This document shows positions 49,941 to 62,696 of a DNA stretch of 64,000 nucleotides, piece after piece. The notes under the pieces are model-generated. The model was not told the DNA's origin, did no database searches, and saw only the letters and a program-made list of their open reading frames with translations. Position 1 is the first letter of the stretch. Every line of letters begins with the position of its first letter. Source of the DNA: Syncephalis fuscata S228 (Eukaryota; Fungi; Zoopagomycota). The stretch spans positions 123,397 to 187,396 of the forward strand of contig JAHLTZ010000038.1 of assembly GCA_025786725.1 (NCBI GenBank), written 5' to 3'. Both the position numbers and the translations under genes were made by a program.

Positions 49941-51095
49941 ACAGCCTTGATGTTTATGTCGATTGCTATAGCCTACAATACTAGAATTAGCATCGGCACA
50001 ACAGCAAAGTAAATAGATTAGGCATTTGGTGATACTTCTCAAAGCCACCATGCCTCATTAATTACTGTAATTAATACGAACCATTTTTCTAATGAGATTT
50101 TGTGTTATTTTTAAAAAATTCATCGCAAATCCATATCTGCGTTCTATATCCATTCACACTAGACCCTGAGTTACTTTTGTGATAATAACTTGTTTCTTTA
50201 ATAACAAATATTTATTACCTTTGATAATGAAATAAATACGTACTGAATATAATACTTTAATTATTTCAGTCTTTTATAACCAAAATACGCGGCTTTTATT
50301 AACTAGAATAATACTAAATTTTCAAAAATAAAAGTAGATAGTATTTTTGTTTAATAAAATTCAACTGCTATTAGCTTTATAAAACTATCTTCTGCGTCTT
50401 TATTTTTATTATACTACATTTATAATGCTCATGTTAATAAACTGTTTAAATTCTAATATGTCGTAAATAAATTCTTAATAAAAAACATTAGTTTGCCGAT
50501 ATGGCTGCGTAATAAAATTATATCATTATAACAATTTATTCAAATATAAACTGGCAATGTTCAAATTACCAAACATTGTACCATAATGATGAAATGCTTA
50601 GCTAATTAATACACTAAATGAGTCCCATAGCTCAATTGAGTAATGCGTAGAAAACTTATTGCAATTTAATATTGCCACAGTGTTTTACCACAAAAATAGT
50701 ATGAATTAGTCCATGATGTATGTACGCTGAAACATTAATAGAAACGTACGGAGTAACTTGCACAACAAACGGCAAAGCTAGCTTTTGAAATAATATTTTT
50801 ATTAAGAAACCAATGATTTACAAAATACATTATATGATTTAAAAACAATATAAATAATACAATTTCTTCAACTTTTTGTCAGCACATGTAGTCAATATAG
50901 GCTACAAATAACATAAAGCTGTACGTGGATATTGAGCAATTAAAATAAATTGGTTTCTGTCTCTTTGTATTAACTTAAAACACCCAGCACCAACATTCTA
51001 AAACTATTCCGGAAATGTATTTAGAAACTAAGCTGTATGTTTTTTGCTATTTATTCAACATCTATATACTTTTACAATAAATAGCTATACTCAAC

Positions 51096-52541
51096 ATTGA
51101 TTCTAGCTTTTATTAAACATGCATTTAAATTCACATATTAAGTTGGCAGTTATTTGACGGTTTATCATTTAACAAAAATATATCCGTTATATTTTAATAC
51201 TTGATACAATATAAAGCATCATCCAATACAAACAGGCTGTTTCACTTTTGTTAGTATGGTATTGGTACATTGACCGCATTCGACAACAAACATCATTTCA
51301 AAAATGAAACCATCAATCATTATAGAAACAGTAAACGTAACACCGGCAAATGCATCAAACCGTGTATCAAATGTGTTACGTATTTCCATAAAATCAATGT
51401 CAGCGCAATCAATATAAATACGCGATACAATTGAATTCAAAAGTAATACTAATCATCATCATCATCAACAACAACTTCTCCACTCTTCTACGCTTCAACA
51501 AGACAAGGCTGTGCCTTAGATCTACGTACACCTACAACGACAAACTCGACGTTTTCTTTTCAACTCAACACTTTCAACTTATAGATAGGCTGGTTTCCTA
51601 CTCAACATTACAAAAATGACTCGCTTCACAACTGTTCTTGGTATGACTGTGTGCGCTGCTGTGCTCCTTGCTGTTTCTACAATCTCTAACGTATCAGCTC
51701 ATGGCTACATGAATTACCCAACGCCTCGTGGTATTCAAAAGTTGTCAACTATGGTTGATGATGTCAAGAATCCAAATACTAAGGGCAAGTGCCGTGGTGA
51801 GCCTGCTGGCCAAGTTACCAACATATCTGGATCCTCCGTGACTCTGCAATTTACAATCACCGCTCCACACATCGGCCCATGCTCAGTCTATCTGCTTGAT
51901 GAAAACCTGGGCAACGAACAAAAGATTGCCGACAAGAATGACTGTGCCGCCCCTGGTAAAGTCGGACCATGGACTGTCAATCTTCCAGCAGGTGTATCTG
52001 GCCGCAAGGTTATTCGCTGGCACTGGAAGGCTTCGCACCTTGCTCCTCAAATTGAAAACTACGAGCAATGTGCCGACATTATGATCGGTGGTGGCGGTGG
52101 CAGCTCCGGCAATCATCTGCCCCATCTGCAAATTCAGGCTCTTCTTCCAGTGGATCTAAAAGCGTCCTAGCGCTCCTTCAGAGGATCATCTGACCCCACC
52201 TAGCAGAAGCAGAGACTACCCCATCTGCAAATTCAGGCTCTTCTTCCGGTAGATCTAGAAAACGTCCTAGTGCTCCTTCAAAGGGATCATCTGGACCCCC
52301 ACCTAGCAAGAAGCAGAAGACTGCCCCGAAGAATTCCGGTGGTAAAAAGTCCAGGAAATAAAGTAGCAGATAGTGCACTGTTCCTGTACTAGATACAATC
52401 CAGTAGATATAACGACTCAGCAACGATCAATTGTAGGATACGCAGTAATGTTTTATGCAAATAAATTAACACATACGCCATTTCAAAACCATATATTGTG
52501 ACCATTTAAATGAGATAATTAACAAAAGTGTGTATTTTATT
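51096..52541 (+). repeat. Segmental duplication, copy B
   Basis: Direct alignment with 30429-31878. Confidence 0.95.
51616..52361 (+). CDS. LPMO-like secreted protein, copy 2 (tail frameshifted in this assembly by seven 1-nt deletions at 52110-52215)
   Basis: Catalytic domain is identical in protein sequence to copy 1; all deletions shorten base runs. Confidence 0.8.
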
Positions 52542-52921
52542 CTACAATGTAATGCTACATTCGAATGCAAATTTTAATTTCCGCAATTAGTAAAAGTGGA
52601 ATATACAAACACGTGTCTCTTTTTCCTCAACTTGGTAATATCGGAGAATTGTTACTGCAATTAAACATTATTGATTCAATCAAGTAACTACCATGCATTG
52701 ATTTGTAACAATAAGAAACCGCTAATCCAATTAAAATTAAGTATACTTCAAAATAGATAATTAGTTTTTTTTTGAATCTCCACTATTTTATTGCGTTTTT
52801 CGTAGTTTTTAAAACCGCTCCATTATAAAGAGGTTTTGAAAAGTACAGAGATTTAGCCACATTCTATTTTACCCTCTTTCTTTTTCTTGATAACCGTTAC
52901 GCCTTTAGATTAACGTTTATT

Positions 52922-53382
52922 ATGTACACCTTTAAACTTACCACACTGGCTTATGCTGCCCTTGTTGGCATACTTACTACCACACTCGACTCGACAGCTG
53001 ATGCCGTACCTCGTCAACAGATACGCCCAAATCCATACAAATTTAACAACTACGAAGCAATACTATATAACCTACAAAATCCTAAAAATAGTTTCAATGC
53101 ATTCGAAAAGAAGGGACTAAATATTGTCAATCCCTGGCAAATTGATGATTCAAAGGATTGGATATATACTCGAATTACTTATAACGGTTTTCCTGGTAGG
53201 ATTCAATGCACTAAAGATCGCGAACTTTATAGAATAACTACGATTAATATTTCGGTAAGCGGAAACGCGTTTTTTTTGTAATTTACTAAACCACCATTAA
53301 CAATTATACTTTATAGAATCTTCAACAAACATCTCCATTTGGCACGAGTGGCTGTATTGTTTTACCAGATTCTAGTAAATAA
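52922..53382 (+). CDS. Small secreted protein, 132 aa, 2 exons (52922-53254 and 53317-53382)
   Basis: Signal peptide ending ...STADA; phase-0 GTAAGC...ACTAA...TATAG intron; 2 Cys; TATAAA near 52824. Confidence 0.75.
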
Positions 53383-53528
53383 ACATTTTATTTCTAGCCA
53401 ATATTATACTTTATATTGTAATTAGTAATTTTATTTTATTTAAAATGTCATGCTAACTACTATATTAATTGCCATAAACACGTTATATCATCCATTTACT
53501 ATTATTAATAATCATTTTAATTAACTAA

Positions 53529-55818
53529 TTAAACGGCACGATGCGTACCACGCTCCTTGCCGCTTTCCATCTTCGCCGTACGTGCACCAAATTGAATTGC
53601 CCGCTTCCATCGGGTACTAGTTTCCTTTAGACCCAATTCACAAGCCGCCATGGTTCGTAGTAAAAGCTTCTCGCCTACGCCACGCGGCAAATGAGGATTG
53701 ATCTTCAAATGAATCGGCAGTGAGCACGCATAGCTTATGACACTTTCGTCCAAGAACGGAAACCGCACCTCGCGTGCTCTATCCGATATCACTCTATCGT
53801 CACGGCCTATCCATTACTTACTAGTTAACATTTGGTTATGTATATTATTTATTTAGCTTACCTAAATTACGTGACGATATTCGATCTAGATCTAATTGAA
53901 CCTACATATAATATTAATAAACCATTCATAACATATATGCACTGTTTTAACTTGCCTCTTCTATTAAACTATTCCAACCGTTTCGTCGCCATGCTTCTCT
54001 ATGGCGTGTATAGCCAGCAAATAGCTCATCAGCCCCTAGGCCACTAAGCAATACCGGACATGGACTATTATATGATACGCGTACTGTGTCTTCTTTATCA
54101 TCAACGCAAACTGATCCAGCAATGCTACCATTGCCTCCAGCAGCAAACCATAATGCCATGGCAATACTCTAATCATCTATTAACAGCTATTTTAATCGAC
54201 GACTTCTTTCTTACCATATCCATAAGCGTACTGGCAGGCGACATTAACCGTGCAATATGGGGTTTGGCCGCACAAGCATCGGCATAAGGCACATTAACTT
54301 CGACAAACTGCCAACATCGATCCGGCCGCAATTGTCTAGTGTTATTACCGTAAGTGATCTACTCTAACCATTCATCGTACTACCTACCGTAGCTCAGCAA
54401 GACCACATCGACCTGTTTTCCGATCTGGTACATCATAAGCGGCTGCCGTATGATTTTTATTTAAAGTGCGTGGATTTTCAAACGCAACATTGATCAAATC
54501 AATCGGTTCACCGGCCGGCACATGACGATCCGCCAACATAGCCAAACACATGCAGTCAATACCTCCAGAAAATAGAATTCCTAGTCGTGCTCCGTCCTGA
54601 CTACTATATCATTAGCTCTGGTACAATAGCATTATTATTTTACCACTTACACATGAGGCGGTATACCGATGACTCGACAGCTAACTGCCTCTGACAGTAA
54701 CTGTGCCAGATTTAATTGGATTGGTTCCAATATATCCATGCACTCTGGACTATCCCAAGGCAACACTTCTTCGCTCACCAATGACAAGTCTCCATCAGTA
54801 GGCAACACTTTATTGAGTCTATAAAATGGTAATGGCTTATATTACCGATTAACTAATTATAATCAACCATCTGTAACTACTTACCAAATAGTTGACACTA
54901 TCAGGCTGTATCAAGTCTGGCGATATCCATTGAGTGAGACGCATCGCTTGACAAATAGTCATCGATGGCTCAAATAGTAATGGTAAATGAATTGAAAAAA
55001 TACCCGATGCTGGCACTTCAGTAGCATATTCATTAGGCTGTATTTTACCATTCGTATCGTCTTCTACTTCATTTAATGCATCAGCATCTGTATTCACTGG
55101 TCCAAGTCCAACTGAAGCTAGCGTAAGATGTGCCACATCTTTCTCTTCACGATAACGCCATAGTAACGATCGTCGACCCAAACAATCACGCCCAAACCAT
55201 AGACGCTGCTCTTTTGCCTAACCAAACCAACCAATTGATATATGCCATCTAAATTATCCATTCATTTATCAACTTCATTACCTACTTGATAATAAACAAA
55301 TCCATATGGCCCACGAATGGTGTGCATCACAGATAATGGACATTGACTTGCTGCAAGTGCCTTTAACAAGCATACACCGTCATTCCTATTGCCAATCTAT
55401 ATATTATTATAGTCCAATTAGAATACATAAACCCGTATACTCATCTACTTACTTCAAGTCCTCCAAATACCTCGCCATTCCAACATAGCACATTGCCTTG
55501 CTCATCCACTATTGGTTGCTGTGTTGTTTCTGGTCCTCTTAAATGAAGTGTTGCACCCATAAAATGCAGCTTTATGCTAGATGCAGTATCTAAGGCGGCC
55601 ACTTCGTTCTCTATCCTACATGTATGCTCGCCAATAGCATCGGGGCCTTATAGTATCCATATTAATTGATATATACTTGTTCGATCTTTGTATTTCAAAT
55701 TACCACGTCGTCGATTATCCTCGGCTAGTTGCTGCCATTCCTTAGCCGTCTCGCTAGATTGGTCGGAATCTACCGCCGCTACCGTGCCTACTTGCAACGT
55801 AAATACGATACCGCACAT
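53529..55818 (-). CDS. ASNSD1: Asparagine synthetase domain-containing protein 1 (YML096W-like), about 9 exons
   Basis: MCGI N-terminus; RR|GPD; ATLHLRG; [13 protein letters not shown]; ILFSGGIDC; [10 protein letters not shown]; VPDRKTG; [14 protein letters not shown]; RNLG|RDDR; [13 protein letters not shown]. Confidence 0.95.
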
Positions 55819-55980
55819 ACGAACAAGGAAATCAAGAAAGTGTAACCGTACTGGCTCAAAATATTTCTTTCATCTTCACTCTTGTTCATCCTAACTTTTT
55901 CCTTTCAATTTAACTGCTATACGCAATTTATTGTTAGTATCCATTGAATATATATATATATATATATATATGGTTCAAGT

Positions 55981-57189
55981 ATGCAATCAATATCCTCAGA
56001 AAATGGAGATTCGAGTCGATTGGCTATTGTAGAAGTAGCCTCGCAGCTTAATGAACTACGCATTAATGCTACTGAATTCATACCAACCTTCTCCTTGTCA
56101 GGTAGGCTTGACCTAACGGCAAACCGCCCTACCACCACCTGTGACTGACTAATCAACCTCTAAAGAAGGAGAGCCGTTGTTTATGTCGTCGTCGGCAGTG
56201 CCACAACAAAGTACAGAAGCCGTAATGGCAGTATCTGGAGAAATACTCCCTTCTAATAGTTTATTAAAGACATGGGAAACAGATACCACTTGGAAGCGTC
56301 CAAGCTATACGTTGGGCTTCACTAATACTGGATCGTCAGCAGCTGTAGTGCCAACAAAGCATACCGATGATACAGAACAAACCTTTGACTCTTTTGTCGT
56401 TGATTTGACGCGAAATCTGCTCGAATTAACGGAAATTGAAGACGAAAAGGACAGACAGTACCAGAATGAAGTGTCAAATGACGCTAATAGCCCCGTAATA
56501 GACGCTAGTATGGATTGTCCAGCAGTGGATATATCCATAGTAGAACCAGAGACATTGAAACAAGATCCATTTGAGCCAGAAAGTATGTCTCCATTCCAGT
56601 TATTACAGGCTGTCTTTTATGACCGACCAGACGAGAGTATTACTCGATTACTTGAAGATAATAATTATGATGTTGAGGCAGTATTCTCTTCTATTACAGG
56701 TATTATACCTGGTAATGGTAGTGCTGCATCTAATAAAGATTCAGAAGAGTCGACTGAACGACGATTACGTCGACGAGAAGCGGATAAACTACGTGGCAAT
56801 CAAATATGTCGGCATTTTTTAGATGGTGGATGTTTCAGGTCTGATTGCTGGTATAGTCATGACTTGGATGCATTTCTATGTAAATTTTGGATACGTGGTC
56901 AATGTCTGAATAGTCAATGTCCATTTCTACATGGTGTAGATGAACAAGTGGCTGCACGCTTTCTTTCCTCGCAAGGTTGGAATGATGACGATGAAAGCGG
57001 TATTTATGGTCATAATGGCAGTAGACAATCTGCACAAAAGCCACCAGATATGTCGGATTTTCCACAGCTTGTAGCGTCAGATACAAAGGAAAAGACATCA
57101 AGTAAAAAATTAGCGAATAAGAAAAAGAAGCCATTAGAATTTTCTAAAGCTATTTCAAAACCTGCTACATTAATAACTAATAATAATGA

Positions 57190-57224
<35 letters not shown>

Positions 57225-57874
57225 ATAGCTGCAACAATAATAGTAACAATATTGCTTTGAATGTAGGCTATTCAATTAATGTTACTTATGAATCAAGCAA
57301 CAATACCGATACCGATCATTATGGTGATGATTTTCGCTATGGTAGTCGATCACTTGCGCATCCTGGCCTACTCCATCGTGCAATACCACTTCCCCGTTTA
57401 ACGACAGGTGACAGTGTAGCTGCACTTTATTATCAGTATCGTCGTGAAGCTACACTACAATATCGTACCCGGTCAGCCTATCTACACCGGGCCCATGAAG
57501 CCTATCGGCAAGGCAAATACGCCATGGCCAAACGCTTTTCCCTATTAGGTCAGGGACATAACGCTGAAATGACTAAATACCACCGAATGGCGGCAGAGCA
57601 GATATTCTCTGCACGTAATCAGCCAGGTCGTGAAGCGATCATCGATTTACATGGCCTACACGTCGATGAGGCGGTCTACTTTTTGGATGCGCGTCTTTGG
57701 GATCTTGAAGCGGAAAATACACGTCGCTGTTTCGTATTTACCGGCTCAGGTCGCCATTCAGCGGGTCGGGCTAAACTTCTTCCTGCCGTATTAGAATACC
57801 TAGTTGATGAAGGATTTAACGTGGCCGACTGTTCACCCGATCGACGTGGTGGCATGTTAATTGTGGAATGGTAA
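55981..57874 (+). CDS. PAM2-CUE-like-2xCCCH-DUF1771-Smr protein (putative mRNA endonuclease); exon 1 is 55981-56101, exon 2 starts at 56166
   Basis: PAM2-like LRINATEFIPT; CUE-like LLQAVF...LEDNNYDVEA; CRHFLDGGCFRSDCWYSH and CKFWIRGQCLNSQCPFLH; Smr motifs IDLHGLHVDEA and FTGSGRHS. Confidence 0.9.
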
Positions 57875-57949
57875 TAAAACAAAATAAAATAAACAGAAAT
57901 GTAAATGAATTATAAAGTGATTGTTATTGTTATTATTATTTAAACCAGT

Positions 57950-60070
57950 TTATTCATAGCTAATGGTATTGATCATAGCAAAAAGTCGCTCATCAATAGC
58001 TTGAATACCACTGGGACGTGCATCTAGTGTGATACGTTTCTGATCTATATCAATATAACTAGCAATGACCGTATTCATCATTTTTCTATAATAATCTAAA
58101 CGTTGATCCCTATGATGTAGTTGATAAAGGGCAATGGCCATAACGGCAAGTTGTTGTCGTTTACCGCGTAGTTCAGTCGTCGATGATCGATCTGTTAATA
58201 GATCAGCTTCATAGGCATGTAATCGTGGCAGTGGCACCGTTGTCGATAATGAGGACAACATTGATGATGCATTAAACATAATAGGATCATTAAGCAGTGT
58301 TAATGCATCATTATATCGTTCATTCCGTATAAATAATACAGCAATATAAATGTCTGATAGAAATCTACAAATGATCAAATTATTACATTAGTTAATATTA
58401 TAAATCAATACTTACTTTATACGCTTTGCTGCTGTCTTTGCCTCTTCCTCTTCCTTGTCATCGCCCGTTAACCACTCCGTATCAATGTCAATAAACTGTC
58501 TCAACAACAGTTTGGCCATAACATAATCTTGTCTTTGTAATTCACACCATGACCATGCCAATAGACCATAGGCATAGGCCAGACGGTATCCCATAGGTAT
58601 TACATCTAAATAACTGATCAAGTAATTTGTTTCATTACTTTCTAACACTCTATTGACTTCGTGTATCAGTGTCACTAAATATTGACGAAAGCATCCAGCA
58701 GCATATTCCAATGAATAAGATGTTTCGTCGGATACTCTACTCAATAGTAAGTAACTATAAATTAAATAGGATAACAACTTACACTATGGTAAATTCATCT
58801 TCTAACCAATGTATAATATTTTGCTGTCTATTCGATATTTGTCGGTCTGGTTGACGCTGACTTGTATCCTAGATTGACTTTAATACGTCTATTCTTATTT
58901 AATAGTTTATATTTACCTTGTTGTCTACATGTAAATAGATAATGCCCTCTCCTAACATTAACCAATAAATAGATGATACTGGTTGATGTCTATTCAACCG
59001 CCGATTGATTTGCGTTTCTATTTGATATACAGATGCGGTAGTGTTTCCAGTAAATAGTTGTATTAAACATTGGTTAATTAGTGTTGCTTCTTCAAGAGAA
59101 CAGCAGCCATGTCGTATTGGCTGGCCTATTAGCTAGTTAGTATTTACATCTATATACTGCCATTGATCCAACGGTATAACCTACTATGATTTACCGGTAA
59201 CAGTTGCTTATCCTCTACATCACTATGATCTTTTTCACTCTCTTTTAATAATTGAGCTGCTTGACTAAACGCAAATGAAGCAAGCCCCCATTTACTCTGT
59301 TCAAAATACATACAGCCACGGGCATTCTGATCCACTGCCTTACTATCAGCGGTATCGGTATGCCAAGCAACTAAATCATACGCGGTATCTGTTTGATAGC
59401 ATGCCATAGCCAATTGAGAGCGTAAATGCCAATGAGCTACACCAAGTACCCGGCCATTGCTTTCCTGTTCATCGGGAATAGATAATTGTAATAAACTATT
59501 AACAGCATCCCATTTACGACCTGATGCCAATTGAATACGCGCCTCATACAAATGGTAGATAATGTCATAGAATGATTTAGCATCGGATGGTGCCGCAACG
59601 GCATCTAACTCGCTCAAATTAAGCTTTTCAAAGTATTCTACTGCTTGCTGAATATTCCGCGTGCCAAGAAACAAATCAAGCGCTAATAGTACGGAAGAAG
59701 TCTCCAGTCGAGATTCGGCCTTTCTACCGGTAAAGCACAGTGATTGCAATGCTTCAAGCGCTTTTTGTGGCTGATTTGCATAAAAATAGTAGACTGATTG
59801 GTTGAACTGTGCAATGAACGCCGCGTTAGTGCAAGGCTTGCCCTTAGGAATCGACTCATGGATATCTAGCCATTGCGCAAAAGACGTGCTATAGATTTGT
59901 TGAGCGGCATACCACTGCGCAACAACAAGATTATGTTTTACTACGTCATTGCCGCCACTGAGTAGTGAATCTAAGCTTGTAAGCAACTTGACCGCCCGCT
60001 CATACTCTCTTAAACGAAAAGCAACCGTGGCCTCGAGAACGAGCTGGCGCGACTGACTAGACATAGACAT
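57950..60070 (-). CDS. CNOT10: CCR4-NOT subunit 10-like TPR protein, about 5 exons
   Basis: AF..REYE.A...VVKHNL; FNQSVYYF; LLALDLFL; NARGCMYF...WGLASFAFSQA; IWLMLGEGII; SLEYAAGCFR follow the recalled CNOT10 motif order. Confidence 0.7.
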
Positions 60071-60503
60071 TAGTTGAAGGAGCAATAAACAAATGAGAAT
60101 GAAAAGGCCATTTACTGTAACGTCAGCTTTCCCTCTCAATATATGAGCACTTTATTTAGTATCTTTAACCACTATTTGGTATACAGAACACGTTCTACCA
60201 TATACATATATATATCATACATAAAAATATAATGAATAAATAGTTAATCAACTAAATCATCTAGTCCATTAAATAAATAATTACCAATATAATATACACT
60301 ATGATGAATATACAAAAAAAGCTTATGATTAGCACTGATGAGGTTATAGTGCAATAAGTAAATTGAGTAAAGTTTATTGAAATATATAATAAATAGAATG
60401 TATCTAGTATATCATAGAACAATATAGATATGTGAATATTAGCGTTAACGATATGGATAGATAGTAAATATGCATACTGGATAATAAATCTATAAGTATT
60501 TTG

Positions 60504-60773
60504 TACACATAATATAACGAATTGTAATATGCTTCAGTAAATCAATGACATGCCAAAGCTACTGAAGACTCTACTGGTATGCTTGTTATAACAAAGTTAT
60601 CTATCTAAAATATGCTAAATAATAAAACATTTATTAAAAATGGCCGTATTTATAATATTTATAATAAAATAAACAGAATATCATGATGGAAAACAGCATT
60701 ATGGTACAAACATCATGCTAAGCAATTGATACATATATGTATACTCATCCAATAATACACGAAAGCAGCGGCA
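60504..60773. repeat. Inverted copy of 32584-32852
   Basis: Reverse-complement match with few differences. Confidence 0.9.
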
Positions 60774-62696
60774 GTTGTAATTATATTTGCCAATAAACAT
60801 TATCATTGCTGCTGTCTTTGTGCATCGTTAAATGAGTATGCAGAGGTATGTTAACTGTTTAGTATGGAATTTATATAATAATGTCAACACAGACCCTTGT
60901 AATGACTACTGCACCGATGTAATCAACGATGCAGAGTATTGAATCTAATGTATATGTCTGTAAATCAACTGCCATACATACTATTTTATCGGTATGCTAT
61001 ATTACAAACTCCATACTACTACTTTTTTGTTGTGCTACTGTATATACATTGATTATAGATATTAAAAATATGGTCACTTTTTATAACTAGTTTAACATTT
61101 AGTATACTTTTGAATAAATAATTTTATTGTAATATCAATGCTAATAGAGTTCCTAGTAGCTGTATTATGTCATTCAGCTATTTAAGTTGAACTAGCTTAT
61201 TAACCCATTACAATTTGTTGCATTATACATAGCTACATGCACATTAGTCATTTTAATAACAATCCTATTGTTCTGTCTGATTGTTTTATTTATGCTTAGG
61301 CTATTATATTAATACTAAACAATATATTAGCAATTCAGTATAACTTTAAAGTTAAATGATTACAATTAATAATGTTTGTTATATTAAATTACACATTTGT
61401 TCTATTGATCATAAACCTAAATAGTGAGTGACATCAAGGCTTAAAATTATTATTATCATAAATTTGTTATCCATTATGCATACATAATCCCCATTATATA
61501 CTTTGCTGTTATACATTATTATATGATATACTAGACATATTCTATTGTTTATAGGTTTCAATAAACTCCACTCATTCCATTCATTGCATTATATGCACTA
61601 TAGTTTCAATAGCATTTTATATGCTTTTTCGCCGTATATTTAGCATTTTATATATTCTTCTACACTCGCCTGGCCTTGCTCTGTTTAAAGCTGCTTTTAT
61701 TTTTTGTTCTAGCACTATTATTAATAAATGTCAACTAAGTCAGCTCATTAATCATGCATATATGGTCAATAAATTTAACACTGCTAATCGGCACTTCATA
61801 TTGCATATTGTTTATATATTTTATTGTTTTTGTTGTTTTGCTATATAATAAATACACACTATCCAATACTATTATTTTCTTAATTTAGCTTTATCATTAA
61901 TAGAATTCAATTTATTTCGTTTGTCTATGTATCTACTCATGCGTATATACTTTGTAACTTCAATAGTCATTTTATGCCTTATTTGTAAGCCTGTCTTGAC
62001 ATATAGCATCATATTATGTATTAATTTTAATTTATGCAAATACTTCTTTATTTGTTATAGTTTTACTCGTTATAATGTTTGACTTATTTCGTTAATTAAT
62101 TTATTGGTTGCTCATTATGTACTGTGTAGCTATTATTTACGTTTTACATATATTCAGTTTATTGTATATTTTTACACGATAATGATTATTGATACTATGC
62201 CACTTAACCAATTTATCTGTTTTGCCTGTTCTAATTTGCTTTTTTTTGAGCCAATCAGCTTCAATCTCCAGTGTGACTGCTATATCTATTTTTGTTTTTG
62301 TACCACCTTCCTAATATGGAGTATTGCCGTGACTCGGTTTAACATTCAACTCAGAGCCCGTAGTAATACAGCCACCCATTGGGCCATTTCCGGCTGACCT
62401 TGCCATTACTGTGGATACACATTGTTTTGCTTGATCAACACCAAAGCCATTGCTAATTAACAATTGCCGGTTTGTCTAGCAGACGGTTACAATAATTTGA
62501 TTTGTTAATAATTAGCCTGGTGCAAAAATAAACACGATTTTGGATAGAGGAAAGATGGGCGATCATAGAAAACATAAAAAGCGGTGTCAAAGCTGCAGTG
62601 TGTATAGTGGAATGAGTGGAAGGAGCAAAGTATATTGCCGCGTATAAACAATAAAATGTGTCTAGTGTATCGTAGAATGATACATAGTAGTGTGGG

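Noticed and set aside
52110-52215. LPMO copy 2 as a true pseudogene or truncated variant
   Set aside because: Seven 1-nt deletions, all in base runs within one 105-bp repeat unit and with intact flanks, fit a local consensus error better.
35444-60070. Functional RNA-decay gene cluster (SMG5, RNH203, Smr, CNOT10)
   Set aside because: The genes are spread over 25 kb among unrelated genes; no evidence beyond chance without synteny data.
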